Assembly: GCF_001949145.1 (NCBI RefSeq)
Contig: NW_019091361.1
Coordinates: 1,714,866-1,778,865 of the forward strand
Origin: Acanthaster planci
Taxonomy: Eukaryota
Direction: 5' to 3'
Length of the DNA: 64,000 nt
Part shown: in pieces, positions 15,908 through 30,700 of the stretch
How the letters are laid out: every line of letters begins with the position of its first letter
Numbering within the stretch: position 1 is the first letter of the stretch
Program-made: the position numbers and the translations under genes
The notes under the pieces: model-generated
The model's input: the letters and a program-made list of their open reading frames with translations, nothing else
Database searches by the model: none
What the model was told of the DNA's origin: nothing

Positions 15908-18782
15908 ACTTCTGCACTGTTTTATGCATGTACGTGCCATGGAAACATTAGTCAACATAGTCCCCAGAAGTTTAGCTTGTCCACCAGCCGTCACCACATG
16001 AAGCGAGGGTTGCATAGCAGTGAGGACTAATGGCTTAAAAAAATTGCCCATATTGTTGGGAAAAAGAAGTGATGTCCTTACAATGGAAGCAAGGTGCCGT
16101 AGTTGCAAAACACACACAGGAAAACCATCTGCTTGGAAGGGGGGGAAAAAAAAAATCACATGTGCATGAAGACCCAATTTGGGAACCACATTTATACTGT
16201 TAACAGACATTACATGTACCAAGGCATATGCATCTGTGTAATGTGTGAACCAAGCCAGATCCTGGTGATTTAAAGGTTGCAATGGGCAATAACACACATT
16301 TAAACATCTTTTTTTTATGAGAAGCTGACAAGTACACCATTATTTTATGGACATAAAAACTAATTTCTACTCATGACAGGTTAACCATAACCTAAATTAC
16401 TCGTGAATGTTTGAGTCTAAATCATTACATGTACTACATAACTATTTGTACTCGCAACAGGTCTTGACTACAAAGCTCTATGGCTTGGGTCTTCTTGGCT
16501 GACCGGCACTTGCTGAAGTACACAAATATGATGCATGCCATGAAACAAAAACTGGCAAAAATCCTTAGAAATGCAGACGTCACTTCTGCAACTTCTCAGT
16601 TTGGAATATTTGCCACCGACATCAATTCCTATCTCTCTTGTATCTGTGAAAGTACGACCACTGCTGTAAGCCAACTGCACTGTGCTGAGCTGGCTCGTCC
16701 AGTTTCCAGCAATTGTCACTCAAAACTGAAACAACACTTTTTACAATGACCTACAGTACCTAGAATTGAGTTAATCAGCCAAAACACTCTTTACGGGCGT
16801 GATGCCAAATGTGACATAAAGAAATTGAGGCAAGCATGGGTACACCAGAAATCAAAAGGGTGGTTGACCCGACGAATGGGTGAGAGAATTAGCATCTATT
16901 AACCCCGGTTAATATGTCAACATCAACTGTCAAAAAGTAAATTTGCAATTATAATTCTTGACACGGAACATATTTGCCAAAGAGAGCGCTATATTCTACC
17001 CAATCCTGGGTTTTAGTTCTTGAAAGATGAGAATTACTCGAGTCGCCTTTTAATTAACTATTAAATTCGTAACATAACCCAGTATCTTAAAGAATAACAC
17101 GTGTGCCTGACGAAAAAGGTCTTGACCATAAAATTTTGATATCAAGAGGAAAAAAAATGAACTCATTTTTTCTTCAGTTACCAAGGTCATAAGTGAAAAT
17201 ACATGTACATATATATTAAGCTTGTGTGATTAGGTAGGTATAACATATTCAATGCACTGTTCAACACAACTACTGAACGCTATTGGTTTGAAAAAAAAAA
17301 AACAAACTAATAATTCTCTCCACTTGCTTCACTGGCCTATCTGCTCTGTGACCGTCCCCTCTGGGTGGCACTTTGCCAGTTTAAAATCAAGGATGTTGTT
17401 TTGAAGAGAAGTACTTTACGCCAAGGTCAACATTCATGGTGGTCCCAATAAGTAAGTTCTGACTTGCGCTTGTTGCAAAGCCCGCACACAGTGCTCACAT
17501 GCATGAGCTGAGGCCTCCATTCAACGTAAAGCATTATTTGCACAGAGCAGATGACCGCACAACCTTCCAGAAGACAACTGGCAAAGCCAGATTTTAAGAG
17601 TACCTGGCCTTTGATCTCGGTTGAAGATTTCCAAGAGAAAAGTCTGCACTTTGATATCACCTATTCCGAATCTGAAGTATTTTTACCACTCTGAGAAGCT
17701 TGTTTTCCTATGGTACCAGACTCTGGGATTTCTACCCCAATTCAATTATTTGAACTGTAAGGTTTTCAAGTACTCTGTACAGTACTTGGCAAGGCCTATC
17801 CAATTGTCAACTTGAACCATTTGCTGTGATTCCATTCCTTAAATTTTGGTCAAGTTCTGACAAGTTACTACCCTGAAGAATCCCAGGAGTGCATATTTCA
17901 ATAGTCGACCAACTGTGACAAGTTGATCCCTGGTACCAGCTTGGAGAATTTCGTTGACCCTGGACGACTGTGGGAGTAACATTTGACCAAAGTTTGAGGA
18001 CAGCTACCTTGTATCTGTTCATACCCACAGCTGTAAAGTGCATCCCGAACAACTGCTGGTTGACCACAAGTCCTTAAATGTACTTACTCTTCTGAGTTGC
18101 CCTGGCCTTGTGTGTTTTCACTGCAGATGCCTACGTTCTGCATGACCATTGTGTGAACTAGGGTTTTTTTTTTTCCAGTTTGAACGTCCTAACAAGTAAA
18201 TGGGGCAATAAGCTAACTCCCCATGTCTGAACGACAAGCAAAAAATGCCCCACTGGTACAACAAGGACATCTGAGGACATTTTGTTTTTCTCAAACGTTT
18301 GATGAAAACCAATGAGAGCCGGGTTACCAAAACTCAGCATGGCCCATTTTCCTGAAGCTGTCCGATTTTGAATGTGCCAATTCAAACGAATTTTACTGCA
18401 TCGTCTTCCAAACCCTAACCACGGCCCATGAGGGAACCTGCAAAGGATGCCCCGACAGTTGAAACATCAACCTAATCTGCTTGATCGTACTAGCAGTGAC
18501 GTTTCCTTGTCCCTGTCCCTCTGGTTCCTCTCTTTTCCCCGTTTCCCTTTTTTTTTTTTGATGTCTTTGTGGTTGTTCTTGGAGAACCTTCTTTCTGCAT
18601 CTTCGCTGTTGATCTTCGGTGGTGGTTGCTGTTTTGGTTTCTTTTAGCGTTGTTGTGTCGTCTTCTTCTTCGTCTTCATCTTTGTTTTTTTTTCGCCTTT
18701 CAGCAGACTTTCGGGGGAGGAAGTCTCAACTCCCTCGCTTGCTTCGAGCACATATTAGCGTGTCGCAGCAACAGCGCCCCCA

Positions 18783-21700
18783 CTAGTAGCCAAAGCCGTG
18801 CTGGTAGTTGCGATCCCCCTGATAGGTGGAGTCTTGGGAGAGGGCTGCGTCCATCTGGGATTTGAACTCCTCCCCCAAGTAGCTGTCCTATTGTCACACA
18901 AGCAATGCTCGCAGGTTATTAACCCACACCAACAACTTTCCCTATGTGTCCATTGATTTCCTCGTATCTACAGTCATTTGCAAAAGTTTAAGACCACCTG
19001 GAATTTTATTGGCATTTCTGTCACTGGGCCTGCATTACATTGTCTCATTGAATGATTACTTAACATGATTTTACAGTGGCGCATAACATCAGTGTAGTGC
19101 TCTATACCCATTTGAGTGAATTTTTTTGCAAAGGCAGGTCTTGTGTGACATTTTGTAAGGCAGCATGGGTAAATTAAAAAACAAGTCTAAGTAATCAGAA
19201 ATAAAGGAGGGCACACTAAACATTACACTGTTTAACATTTCAAATCATGGAAATGTAGTCAGATAGCTGTGTAACCAAGATACTAAGGTTACACATTGAA
19301 AATAAACCTAATTTGTCATGATTAATTGGTTCAAGTTTGTTTTTTCTTCAGGTTAATGCATCTTGTATGGGTGGTCCTAAACTTTTGCAAATGACTGTAC
19401 TTCTTACATCTATTTTTACAAACTGAAAGATGCTGTAATAAATCTCATGCAGCTTGAATATCCTTTTTTTTATACTTCTAGTTCCATGTCTGTTACTGAT
19501 ACCAGATGATAGATTTTGAAATTGGCATTCCTCTGAAGACTCAAAATCTTACGGATAATTTTTGTCGACAGTATACTGTGTTCCTTTCCCATTAGTGACA
19601 AACCTCAGTAATCCTCACAGTTAGCTTGTCAAAGTACTGTAGAATTGCATCAACACAGCTACTGTCAACTACTGTCCAACTACATGATACACAAAATGGA
19701 CATGAGAGGCAAAAGAATCCGAGACAAACTAAACTCAACATGTGCATGGGGCTGTCTATGGGGCACGGGTAACTTGCAAATGATGATGGCTCCATGAGCA
19801 CCATGTCTACAACACATAACGGACACTTCACTGGTCGCATTGTTTGCACTAGTAAATCAAGAGAATTGTCACAAACCTGCGAGAGCTCGGGCTGGGACAG
19901 GCCCGGCTGAGACAGGCCGGGCTGAGAGAAGCCAGCTTGAGACAGGCCCGGCTGACTCATGGACATACCCTGGGTGAGTGGTCCCTGGGAAAACGCCATG
20001 GTGCCTTCCTGCATGGTGAGAGAGAGGGAGCATGATGAACTCACTGATTACCAGAAGGAAGTCATCGATTTGAATCTATCACTTATTTTCCGGAGGTCAA
20101 AGGTTTGAATCCTACTCCTGTCAATTTCTTCATTGATATATGATTGCTGAATCCCGCACCATCCCCTTGGCCTACAGCCTTGATGACCAGCGTCCATGAC
20201 AGTCGTAACAGAATACATCAGGAAGCATGCTATATTCAGTTTGTTTAAAGTTGAATAAACTCTCAAACACACGGGGTGAACAACATGAAATCTGTTTCCA
20301 AGAATCCCTGGCACCGGTACACAAAAAGCTGCACGTAAATATCGGTAGTGCATTCCCTTTTCATAAACAAACTGAGAACGGCAGGTTACCCAGAGTCTGG
20401 CTACTTATGTTTGAAGGTAGCAACCTCACATGATGTGTAATTAGGGGTGAACCGGGTGATATTTTCATGTTACAGACGGGAGCGGGTAACAACTATTTGA
20501 TGGGGAGGTGGGCAGTTTTTTTGGCCTGGGTTACGAAACACAATTTTTATTAGTTTCCTGGGGGACTTTGGTCTTGGGGAATTTTTGGGGGGCAGGGGAA
20601 TCAAGTGAAAGATTTCTTTTGTGCAACACTGTCCTAAATACCATAGCACTTTTGGCAGCAATCGCTTGTGTTCAGGTAATACGAGAGCCGCCACACAAAA
20701 TTTCTATATTGGGTACGGGGACCGCAAACGCCCATTGTTCATCTCTCTTGCAGCACCGGACACAAACGGCTCGATGCGGTGAGGGAAAACTGCAGCGCTG
20801 TTCTCCTGTACACGCATGAATTACAGAAGCCCCTTTCAAAATTGAATGGACTGGCTGATTGACAAGATGCCTTCAAAAAAGCTTGTGCAAAATAGACAGA
20901 TAACAATAGATTTGCACTCAGCCGGTGGGCAAAAAATGTTTGTCTTAACAGTAATCTCGTAACATCCGAGCTTGTATTATTATTGTCATAGGAATGTGCA
21001 CAATTCAGTTGGGACTGGCAAATATGCTCGTCTAAACCAGAGTCTCATCTTACCCAAGCTCGTATTACCAAGAGTCGACTCAATAATTCTGTAAAAATGG
21101 CACTTTAATGTTATGTTCTTAGGAAAACAGTGCACATACCTGGCTCTGCATAGACAGGTTGTACTGCGACATATTCTGACTGGCCCCACCCTGAGTGGCT
21201 CCACCCACTCCTGGCTGGGGACCCCTCCCATGCACCCCTTGTTGCTGCTGGCCCGGCGTCTTCCCCCTCCTCTTGGAGTAGGGTGGTGCCCCTTTGCCCC
21301 TCTGCTGGGGCACCTGCTGGCCCCCCATGGGAGATGGGCCGCCACCCCTCATCCCCTGGTTGAAGAAGTGAGCGCCAGGCTGTGGGGGTGGGGGCATGAA
21401 CATGTTGACCGGCATGGGAAGGTTGGCTCCCCCAAACTGGGCGGAGCCCTGCTGGATGTAACCCATCTGGTCGTGGATGCGACCCGGTCCAGGGACGTAG
21501 CGACTGGAATCTGGTGAAACAAATGTCAATCATATACATTAGATCAATCAACGTTCCCTCATGACACTGACTATGGTATTGAAATACTTATAGAAAAGTT
21601 AAGGCTTGTCAAACCAAGAAAGTTAGGTTTTAAACATGTGTCAAAAGGCTTAACCACTTCACGCGGGTGCACCCGGTACCAGAGACCTTAGGCTTGTGCG

Positions 21701-24700
21701 CATAGCCAGGGTGCCAGAAATCGGACAAGGGAGCTAGGCCTTGTAACAAAAGATCATACTCGGAACAAAAGACTGGGCTGCTGGGAATTGCTAACAGTTT
21801 TTCAGTTTACAAGGTGGCAGGCCTGGCTCAAATACTCAGGCATCAATAGATGTTGCCTATCAGATTAGAGGAGCCACCAGACAGTCATTTGTGTGGGTTA
21901 TAAAAGTCCAGTAAATGAAGTTATGAATTTTTGAAGAATTTTGAAAACAGAAAATCTTGAAAATCCCTGCGGGAACTCATCATGCAGCAATTTAGACCCG
22001 GCAGCATACGGTTAAAAATAAAACTTTTCAATATCTCTAGAAGTATACTTGACTCCGTCTCAAGACAATTCACAAGTTAAAAGTAACAAGGACTGACCAA
22101 TGACAAAGGACGGCCTTTGCCGAACTTGCTCAGAGTGGGCTTGCACAGGCTGAACTTGACCTGAGACTGGATGACTTATGATCGATCTACGAACAACTTG
22201 TAAGGATTACGGTCGTTACACAATAGTGCGCCTCCAAGAGTTTGCAATGCATTGGCCAATCACAATGCGCGAAATCTGCCGACGCATTTGGAAACGGTCA
22301 TCAAATTTCGAGCGTTGTGATTGGCCAACACGTTGCAAACTCTTGGAGGCGCACTATTGTGATTCGCCCGTATTGACTACAGTGACACATAATCTCACCC
22401 CCGTTCATCATCCCTGATCGGTCGTATATGCTGCCTGGTATCATGGCCTCCTTGGCACTGAACATGGCCGTTGTCATGAAGCGACCGCCCTGGTAAAAAT
22501 CACAACATTTCAACAACCTCAAAAAACAGGTGGCTACTGCGTGTACATCTGGATCAGATAATGCACTGTCCCTCTTAGTCCAACTGCATTGCTTAAGTAC
22601 ATATTCTCACAAACTGAAGATGAAATTTCAGAGGTCTTTCAGACTTGCAGTTTCGCAAACTTATGTGGCATGTGTAATGACAGCAGCAATACAGATAGAG
22701 TGTGAAATGATCCCGATGCATAAGAATGCTTGAGCAACTCAAACCTATAAACCAGAGAAATGGAACATGCTGGCAACGTGGAACCTCAACAGGCTAGTAC
22801 CCCAATGCCGTGATGGTTATCTTGTCCAAGAATCAAGGAGTGACTACAAAGGTTTCTAGACGCCACTCTCCAACTGCTGTGCATAACCTCATAGCAAAAT
22901 CTCAAACTGTGCAAGAACGCCAAATTTTAAAATGCAACGACTGTGGTGGCATCAGCCTTTTCTCCTGGAATGTGAGAAGCTTAAAGGAGTTATTCCAGAG
23001 CTCTTACCGGGTTGGCAGTGTTGACCAGCTTCCTGGGCTTGCTGAATTGGATCAGGCTCTCCTTGAGGTTGTTCAGTGGCCCCTCCACCAGCACCTTCTG
23101 CTCCTTGTAGTAGGTCAGGAGGTGGTTCCACAGAGGGTGACGGGATAGGACCTTGGGATTGCCCACGATGATTACACCGAACCTAGTGGAACAAGGAAGA
23201 GCCCACAGTCAGCAACAAATGTGGTTACTCCTGCTTACGTTGGCCATGTCTGAATCAACTGGCTACGACTGCAAGTGATGCAGCCGTCTGTGGAAAGTGG
23301 CTGCAGCTTCCTAGCTAGTGACTTTCAAGGGCACGTGTATTATTTCTAACCACAGCTTTCACCTAAGCAGTGACAATCAGAGCTTTGTAAAATCTTTTAC
23401 ACAAGTCAATGATTCCCATACTTGATACTCAAAAATTCAAAGCTTCATTTTACTAAGTGCAACAAAATTTTCTTTCCACCATGAGAGAACTGTAAGAGTT
23501 TTGATAAAATGCGACAAAACATTTCCCCAAAATGCTTATTCCATGACTATTTCTTTTGAGTTTCAAATCCAGCCTCAATAAATTCCTACTAACTTTCTTT
23601 TTCCCTTCATGAAGACAGAACATGACTTCTTTACCTGCAACGGGTCAGAGCCACATTCAGACGGCGTGGATCATTCAGGAACCCAATGCCTTGGTGGTCA
23701 TTGGCCCGGACGCAGGACAGGATGACGTAGTCCTTCTCTCGCCCTTGGAAGGCGTCCACGCTGGCGATCTCCACCTCCTGGTAAAGCTTGACATTGAGCG
23801 GGCCACTGTACTGCATGTACTGGACAATGAAGGCCCGCTGGCCCTCATACGGGGTGATGATGCCGATCTGCTCGGGTTTGACGCCGGCACGGAGGAAGGA
23901 GGTGGTGATCTTCTCCACGTTGGACGCCTCCGTCCTGAGGACAAAATGGAAAAAATGTAAACTTAACTGCCATTAAAATTGACAAATTGCACAATGCAAA
24001 GAGTACAATTACTGATCAAAGCAAACAAATATTCACAATGAATACGATTCTTCTTTATGATAAAAGAGGACCAAAGGAAATCAGGGGGCCGAAGTTGTAA
24101 GTTACGATGACCTAGTAAGTCCTAGTAAGTCATCGTTACTTACGACGAATTACCATGGGAATTTCTTGAAATCGATTTTAGGAATCATCTTAAGTTGCGA
24201 TGGATAACCCATCGCAACTTAAGATACGATCGATCGTAGCCTTTGGTGAAATCGGCCCCAGCATCAGTTATCAGGAACAGGTCCATTCACACTAAAACTT
24301 CAGTCATTCAACACGCAAGCACATTTGGCACGACACAATGACCTACGCTTGGGCAGTTATACGCTACATGAATATGAAATCCACCATAAACTGTGAAGCA
24401 TTCCAAGGGTCCTTTACCTGTTGAGAAAGGAGGTTCCTGAGCTCGATATTTCCTCTTGCCCAGAGGTAGCATAGAAGAACATGGGCTTATCAGGTTGGGG
24501 CCAGGGAAACTCAACAGCCTTGGCGATACGGTCCGCTAACAGAATTCGAAACAGAGAAGAACAGCTTGATCAAAAACCTATCAGTGAAAATCAACGGCTG
24601 GTTTTTGGTCTACCCCTAACCCTCCAAGTTCTTGTGACCATCGCGGGACTTGTGTATGGTCCCTGAACATGTCAGCATGGCTGTAGAGTGCTTCCAAACC

Positions 24701-27700
24701 ACTGCTACCTTCAGATAAATACATACACCCATACAACTTCTCTCTGTGAGGAAGATGTTTTTGTCTTATTCTCTTTGCTTTTCCTTCTTTGATAAATTTC
24801 ATTCTCAGCAATTTTTCTTGATTTTTTTACTTGCGTTCTTCAGTCACTGCTAAATTTGAACTGGAAATTTCTGTTCTTTGTGACAAACTGATGCAACTGC
24901 TTAGAGTGCAGTTTTACCGAGACCTGTCTTAGCAACTTAGCAACAGTTCAAGGAAATTTGACAGAAACAACATATTTGTCTTTTAAAACAGGATGTATAA
25001 AACAAAACTTCTTGTGAGTGGAACCCTCACCTGCTGACACTCCGTTCTGAAGCGATCCTTCATAGAAGATATTTGACGGGAATGCGCTCAGGGATGGGTG
25101 CATGCGGTATTGGACCTGCAGCCTGATTGGTCGGATGCCCAGAACCACCAGCCGCTCAAACAGCGACTGCGACAGGCCGGCATTGGCTGCCTTCTTGCAC
25201 ATGACCACAGGACCCAGCTGGCAATGGTCACCGACAAGGATCACCTGCAGGACACCACATCTTTCTTACTCTCCTGCCCATTGATTCGGCGTATCCCAAA
25301 CCAACCATAGAGTTTGTATAATGACCGCAACACTGCCACATGCTTCCGAAATACTTGAAATCCAAATGAAGTAAAATGTATCTTGGAAACAGCAGCCCAT
25401 TAGCAATTTTAACTGTGATGGATTCAACACATCAAAAAGCCATCGTAAATAGCACATTTTATCTCTGAAGCAGGTAAGTTTTTAAAATTGTTGACCAGTT
25501 AATTCTGCAGGCGTAGATACTACTGGTTTAAAACAACCAAATCTCATCACTGAAGGAAACTTAAAAATTAATTAAATTATCAGATCAAATTGGAATCTGA
25601 AGAGTAAAAACTTATTAATTCTGAAAATAAACAAACTGAATTTTAACCTTAACTGACTAGATCCTACAAATTCACCATAACATTTTAGGAGAATTAAGTT
25701 TTTATTCAGGATTGGGAAAGGTTGAATCCAACCACTATTTCTTCACATGGGGCTTGGTGTTCTTCAAAGAACAAACAATATGCCACTGGTTTCTTGCAAA
25801 GTGAAAATGTCAAGGAAGAATCAAGAAAGTTCCAGGCAAGAATGCCAATGGAATTAGGATCAAAGATGTAACTTGCCAACGGGCTACACTCCCCCCCATA
25901 GGCCACGCTTCATGCACGACACAACTAAATATGTTTCATCAAGCCCACACCTGTTTGCATCCGAGGACAACAGGTATGAGACACTCTGGTTCGGTGGCCT
26001 GAGTGCTCTCGTCAATCAGCACTGCCCTGAAACGGAAGCGAGCTAGGCGCGGATCACCTGCACCGACGCACGTGCAGCAAATCACGTCAGCGTTCTGTTT
26101 AAGTGGGAAATAATAAAGGGTGACCGTGTATTAAATCTAGTTCAGAGAATAAAAGTCAAGCATCAGATAATGTCCCTCTTTGTCACAGGTAGAGGGGGTA
26201 GTGGCGTATGGAGTCAGTAGCTCTGTATACAACGGACAAAGCCATTCACTAGAAACATCACAAACTGCAAAGAAGGATGGGAGGGAAGTACAGGAACTAT
26301 TTTCCCTCGTCCCTTAAACTAAATTTGAAAACAAAGTTATTTTTTTGTTAATCCAAGGACATTGTTTATCAGTGCCACTTCTGCGCACCTTTTGAGTTAA
26401 GATCAGAGTTTACTCTCTGTTTAGGAAGTGTGAAGTGGGTTTCTACTCTGCATTAATATTACATTGAAGAAATGAAGGCAGTGTTGGAAAGTATCTACCT
26501 GTAACAATTCCCTCTCAGAGTTCCTCTTGAGTGTGCGGTAGCGTTTCTCGTCGGCACTGGACAACTCTCCAATCTCATCCTTCAGGGCCTGCAGTTTTGT
26601 CTGCTCCTCACTTCCTTCCATGTTGCGCACCTGTCAAGGCAACAAGAGGGACAATTCTCAATTTACTCAGTCTGTTTCAAAAAATGCTCCAATATTTGAA
26701 CTTGCACATGCTAAAATCAAAGCAAATTATTTACGAGAAAAGTGAAGTAGGTCCACTGTGTAATAATTTCTAAATGAATTCAATGGTGGATTCATGGCAT
26801 TTTATAGGTACCCCCCCCTCGTGAGAAGCCTCTATGTATCTTTGAATATTTGCATGAAGAATCAATTGTAAATAGTCACATTGCTTCTGTCACTAGTTTG
26901 CTTCATGGTCAGCAGTTGTAAAGTGCAAAAAGTAGAAATAGCAGTTGAGGGCAGGCCAATATACACAAATCATCTATTTGGAAAGTCTGACAGAAATTCC
27001 AAGCCTTCGAAGGATAAGTTGTTTGATAAGAATGAGGCATGAGATAAGTTCTGTCAAAACCAAACACTTCTGGGCAGCACTTGCAATGGAAATTCAACCA
27101 GAAGCGTGTGTATTCATCTGTGTCAACTCAACCTTCTAAGTGGCATAATATCACCAAAGACAGTCCCTTTATCTATAAAGGGGAAAATCTACATTTTCAT
27201 AATGTTCAAAGCTTACTTTTGACCGGATGCCCAGAGAGAGAGACAGAGAGAGAGGGGGAGAGAGACAGAGGTGTCTGCATTTCTCACCTGTTTGTGGAGG
27301 GTGAGGAATGAGACAGGGGAATCGATGGCCTCTCGGCTCTTGGCACTAAGCCTGACCACCTTCAGCCCCGTCTTGTGAATCTTCTCCGTCAGCTGGTCTA
27401 CGGCGATGTTGCTGGGGGCACACACCAAGACTTGTCTGATGGAAGGAAAAGTCATGAAAGGGCATGGCTTAAAGGGAAAGAAGCACTGATTGAATGATCA
27501 GGAGTTTCAGATGACTAAACTGAAGACCCAAATTGACCAAGGACCTCTGTGAATGATTCGAGTCAAGTCAGCAAATGAATCGCCCCCAGCAAAAAAAAAA
27601 GCAACTTAAGCACTGAGCAACCATCTGTTATTTGCATGCGTAAGCACGCGGTCGCAGAACCCTCCCTCGTAACTATAGCACACCATTGTACATTTGAGGG

Positions 27701-30700
27701 TTGTTTTTAACAAAGGATCTCATCTTGACAAGAATGAAACTTGCATTGTTTTCCTTGTGCAGGTGTTCTGAACCTGAGGCATAATCAAGCTGTCCTTTAC
27801 CAGTTAACCACTTGCTGCCTGGGAGTCCTGTTTCAGGCACGTATTCTTTATACACATAGCGAGGGTCTCTGAAATCGGACAAAGGGAACTGGGCCTTGTG
27901 AAAAAGACCTTGCTCATAACAAAAGACCAGGCTGCTGAGAATTACCAACTTTTCATTCTCAATAGTGGAGATAATCCAGCCTTGTTTTGAAACAGTATAC
28001 TGCGGCTTGGGGCATTCAGAGCGAGCAGATTACCACCGGGGACAAAAGCACTCTACCACCGCAGCGATGAGCCACACAGCACCGCTGCATGTTAATCTGG
28101 CCCCTATTGAAAAGAGGTCAGCAGCATACTAAGCCAGGTTCGTGAACAAAAGAAAGTTATATAACACTGCACATCTGGGTTCTTTTTACAAGGCAGCAGG
28201 CCTGGTTGAAACACTCCAGTGTCAATAGACGTTGTCTGTCAGATTAGAGTAGAAACCAGACAGTCCTTCATGTGGGGGTAAGTGTCCAGTAAATGAAGAT
28301 AGGAATTTTTAAAGAGTTTTGAAAACAGAAAAAAAATAAAAATTATCCCGTCCCGGTATCATCAACATTCATAAATGCCCCCGGGGCGATGTGGTTAAGA
28401 GTCGAATAAATTGAAAAGTAAACCCCCCCCTATTAAAAAAACATACCCCAGCCCTTGCTTTGCAAGATGGTACACGATGCTTGCTGAAGTCACTGTCTTT
28501 CCAGTACCAGGTGGGCCCTGAAAGACAGAATGAAAATTGATATCTGAGGTGGGAAAATAAGCTAAACACAGGAATCCTGCAAGCCCTCTACATCAGCTTT
28601 ACAGGTCGCCACACTGTTACAGGTCCCCACACTGTTACAGGTCGCCACACTGTTCATCGCAGAAGGGGTGACAATGGGTAAGTAGAAGACACCAAGGGTA
28701 GCGAAATAGTGTACACAAATTTGCTAAGCAAGGGAATTATATGCTTAGAAAACTTCCCTTGGTCATCAGTCCAACTGCCAGGGATGGTGCCTTACTTGAG
28801 ACCGATTTCTCCACTCACTTTCGCTCAGCACAAAAACCTTGCTAGGCAGTATTTTCTTCTCAGCAACTTAACAGCACTGGGGCCAGACAAGCATACCTGG
28901 ATGAGGCTGAGAGGGCGGGTCAGCACCGTGCGGACGGCCGACACCTGCGAGTGGTTCAGCTCAGGCAGGTTGGGTGCCGAGAAGCGCTTGGGCAGGCTGC
29001 TCTTGATGACCATGTTCTCCACCTCGTGGCCCAACAGCTTGTGGTAGAGGTAGCTGGACACGGCTGTCTCGTCCACGGCGAGGGTCTTCAGGGCACTCTG
29101 CATCCTGAGATGGAACATTACCGGGAACACACTAATACATGCTGCTGAATGTCTCATGTTGGATCTCAGTGAATAAGTCTAGATGGAAGTTATGGAGATA
29201 AAAGCGTCTACTCTACACAATCTGTTTGTACTTTGGAACTTAATGCCTACCAGAAGACTATCGCAATGATCTGCTGTAAGGCTGTCTACCAGGCAAGGTA
29301 AATGCTCAATAGACTTGATGATATAAAAAAATAATGCAGAACAGTGAAAGTGTCAATAGACAACAGAGAGTGGTCAAACCACAGACGATAATATGAATAC
29401 CGTTTGTTTCAACTGATACTGTTAACAGCAAAAACAGGTGAACAGAACAGTCATCAGCAATATTATTCGTTGCAGCCACTCGGTTCACTGCATATAAGCT
29501 TCCAGCTGCCCGAGCTACAGTCGATGAGACTGTTTCATCAAAATTTCTTGTGCGGCACCATACCTGTCAAAAGACGTGGATTTCCAGACAAAGTCAACCA
29601 CAAAGTTGGTGATGCAGTTGACTGGGACCTTGGCATTACTCTTCAACTCGATGCAGATCTCGTCTCCATAATCTGGGATGCTTGGGCTAAGGATCAACAG
29701 ATGAGCCAGCCATGTAAGTGCGTGCACTGGGATTCTTACGTGTTGAAATGCCTCATTTGAACTTTCTGGTTCAAATCAGAAACTCCTCGATAAAAATTAC
29801 AGAATAGAGTTTACAGGTATTACCGCGGACGTTTTGAACGACAATGTATACAACGATTGACAACAGAGGTTAGATGGAACATTACTCATTCAAGGATACT
29901 GTCCGGTATCTTGACTACATGTCCAACTCCTGACCAAGGTTCTTGCAAGTCGCCAAGGTAACGTACCCTCAGCTCATCTCCCTGCATCAGCTTCAGATCT
30001 GTTCAAAGGCAGAAATATATCACATCTTACAAACCATCTACAGAGACACCAGTGCTTGCAGCTTGCTTCAAGCAGAGCATGGTAAATTCGCATGTTTTGC
30101 CTTCTTGCACCAATAGCCAAGGACGTTGTGTAATATGCATGACCACAATTCCTTTGCAAACTGCATTAGTAAGGAAAATTGTAACTAAACTCAAATTCAT
30201 TCACATCGGGCATAGTACACATACCCTTAGATCAGGTAATCATGCCAACTGTGTTCGTGAAGGTATTTCCATTTTACTTCTGAACTGTGAGACCTTGCGA
30301 CTCTTAGCTGCCTAAATGCACGCCGAAGTTTAAAATGCGCAATTTCTTTCATTGAGCTATTTTTTTCCAACAGTTTTTTTTGCCGAGGCAGGGGAATGCA
30401 CAAGCGTGGTATTGCCCACCTTCTTTCTTGGGAAAATTGAAGAATGCCCTTGTCTTGCGATTCAGTCCGATATCCCAACGCACAGAGATGTTGCTCTGGT
30501 TCTGATTCTCCTTGGTCCGACGGTCATAATCGGCCTCCATCTTAACCAGGGGGCCAAAGATGTTCTGATAGGTGTAGGCATCCTCATAACTGACACACAA
30601 AGTGAGACAAAATTCGCACATCAACAACATTCTCACTCTCCAAAAAATCCTTCTTGAAACTACTGCAAACAAACCAAACACCTGCAGTGCTGTTTTCGGA

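Noticed and set aside
18447..18897. Alternative-frame ORFs or stop read-through at the UPF1 3' end
   Set aside because: Read-through meets another stop after ~18 codons. The other ORFs reflect low-complexity UTR or the antisense of the exon.
28600..28653. CRISPR-like array
   Set aside because: Head-to-tail minisatellite with no spacers, in a eukaryotic intron.
30349..30419. Equivalent of the mammalian UPF1 long-loop isoform by exon extension
   Set aside because: The frame stays open ~23 codons, but the only in-phase GT (gtgcat) is a poor donor.
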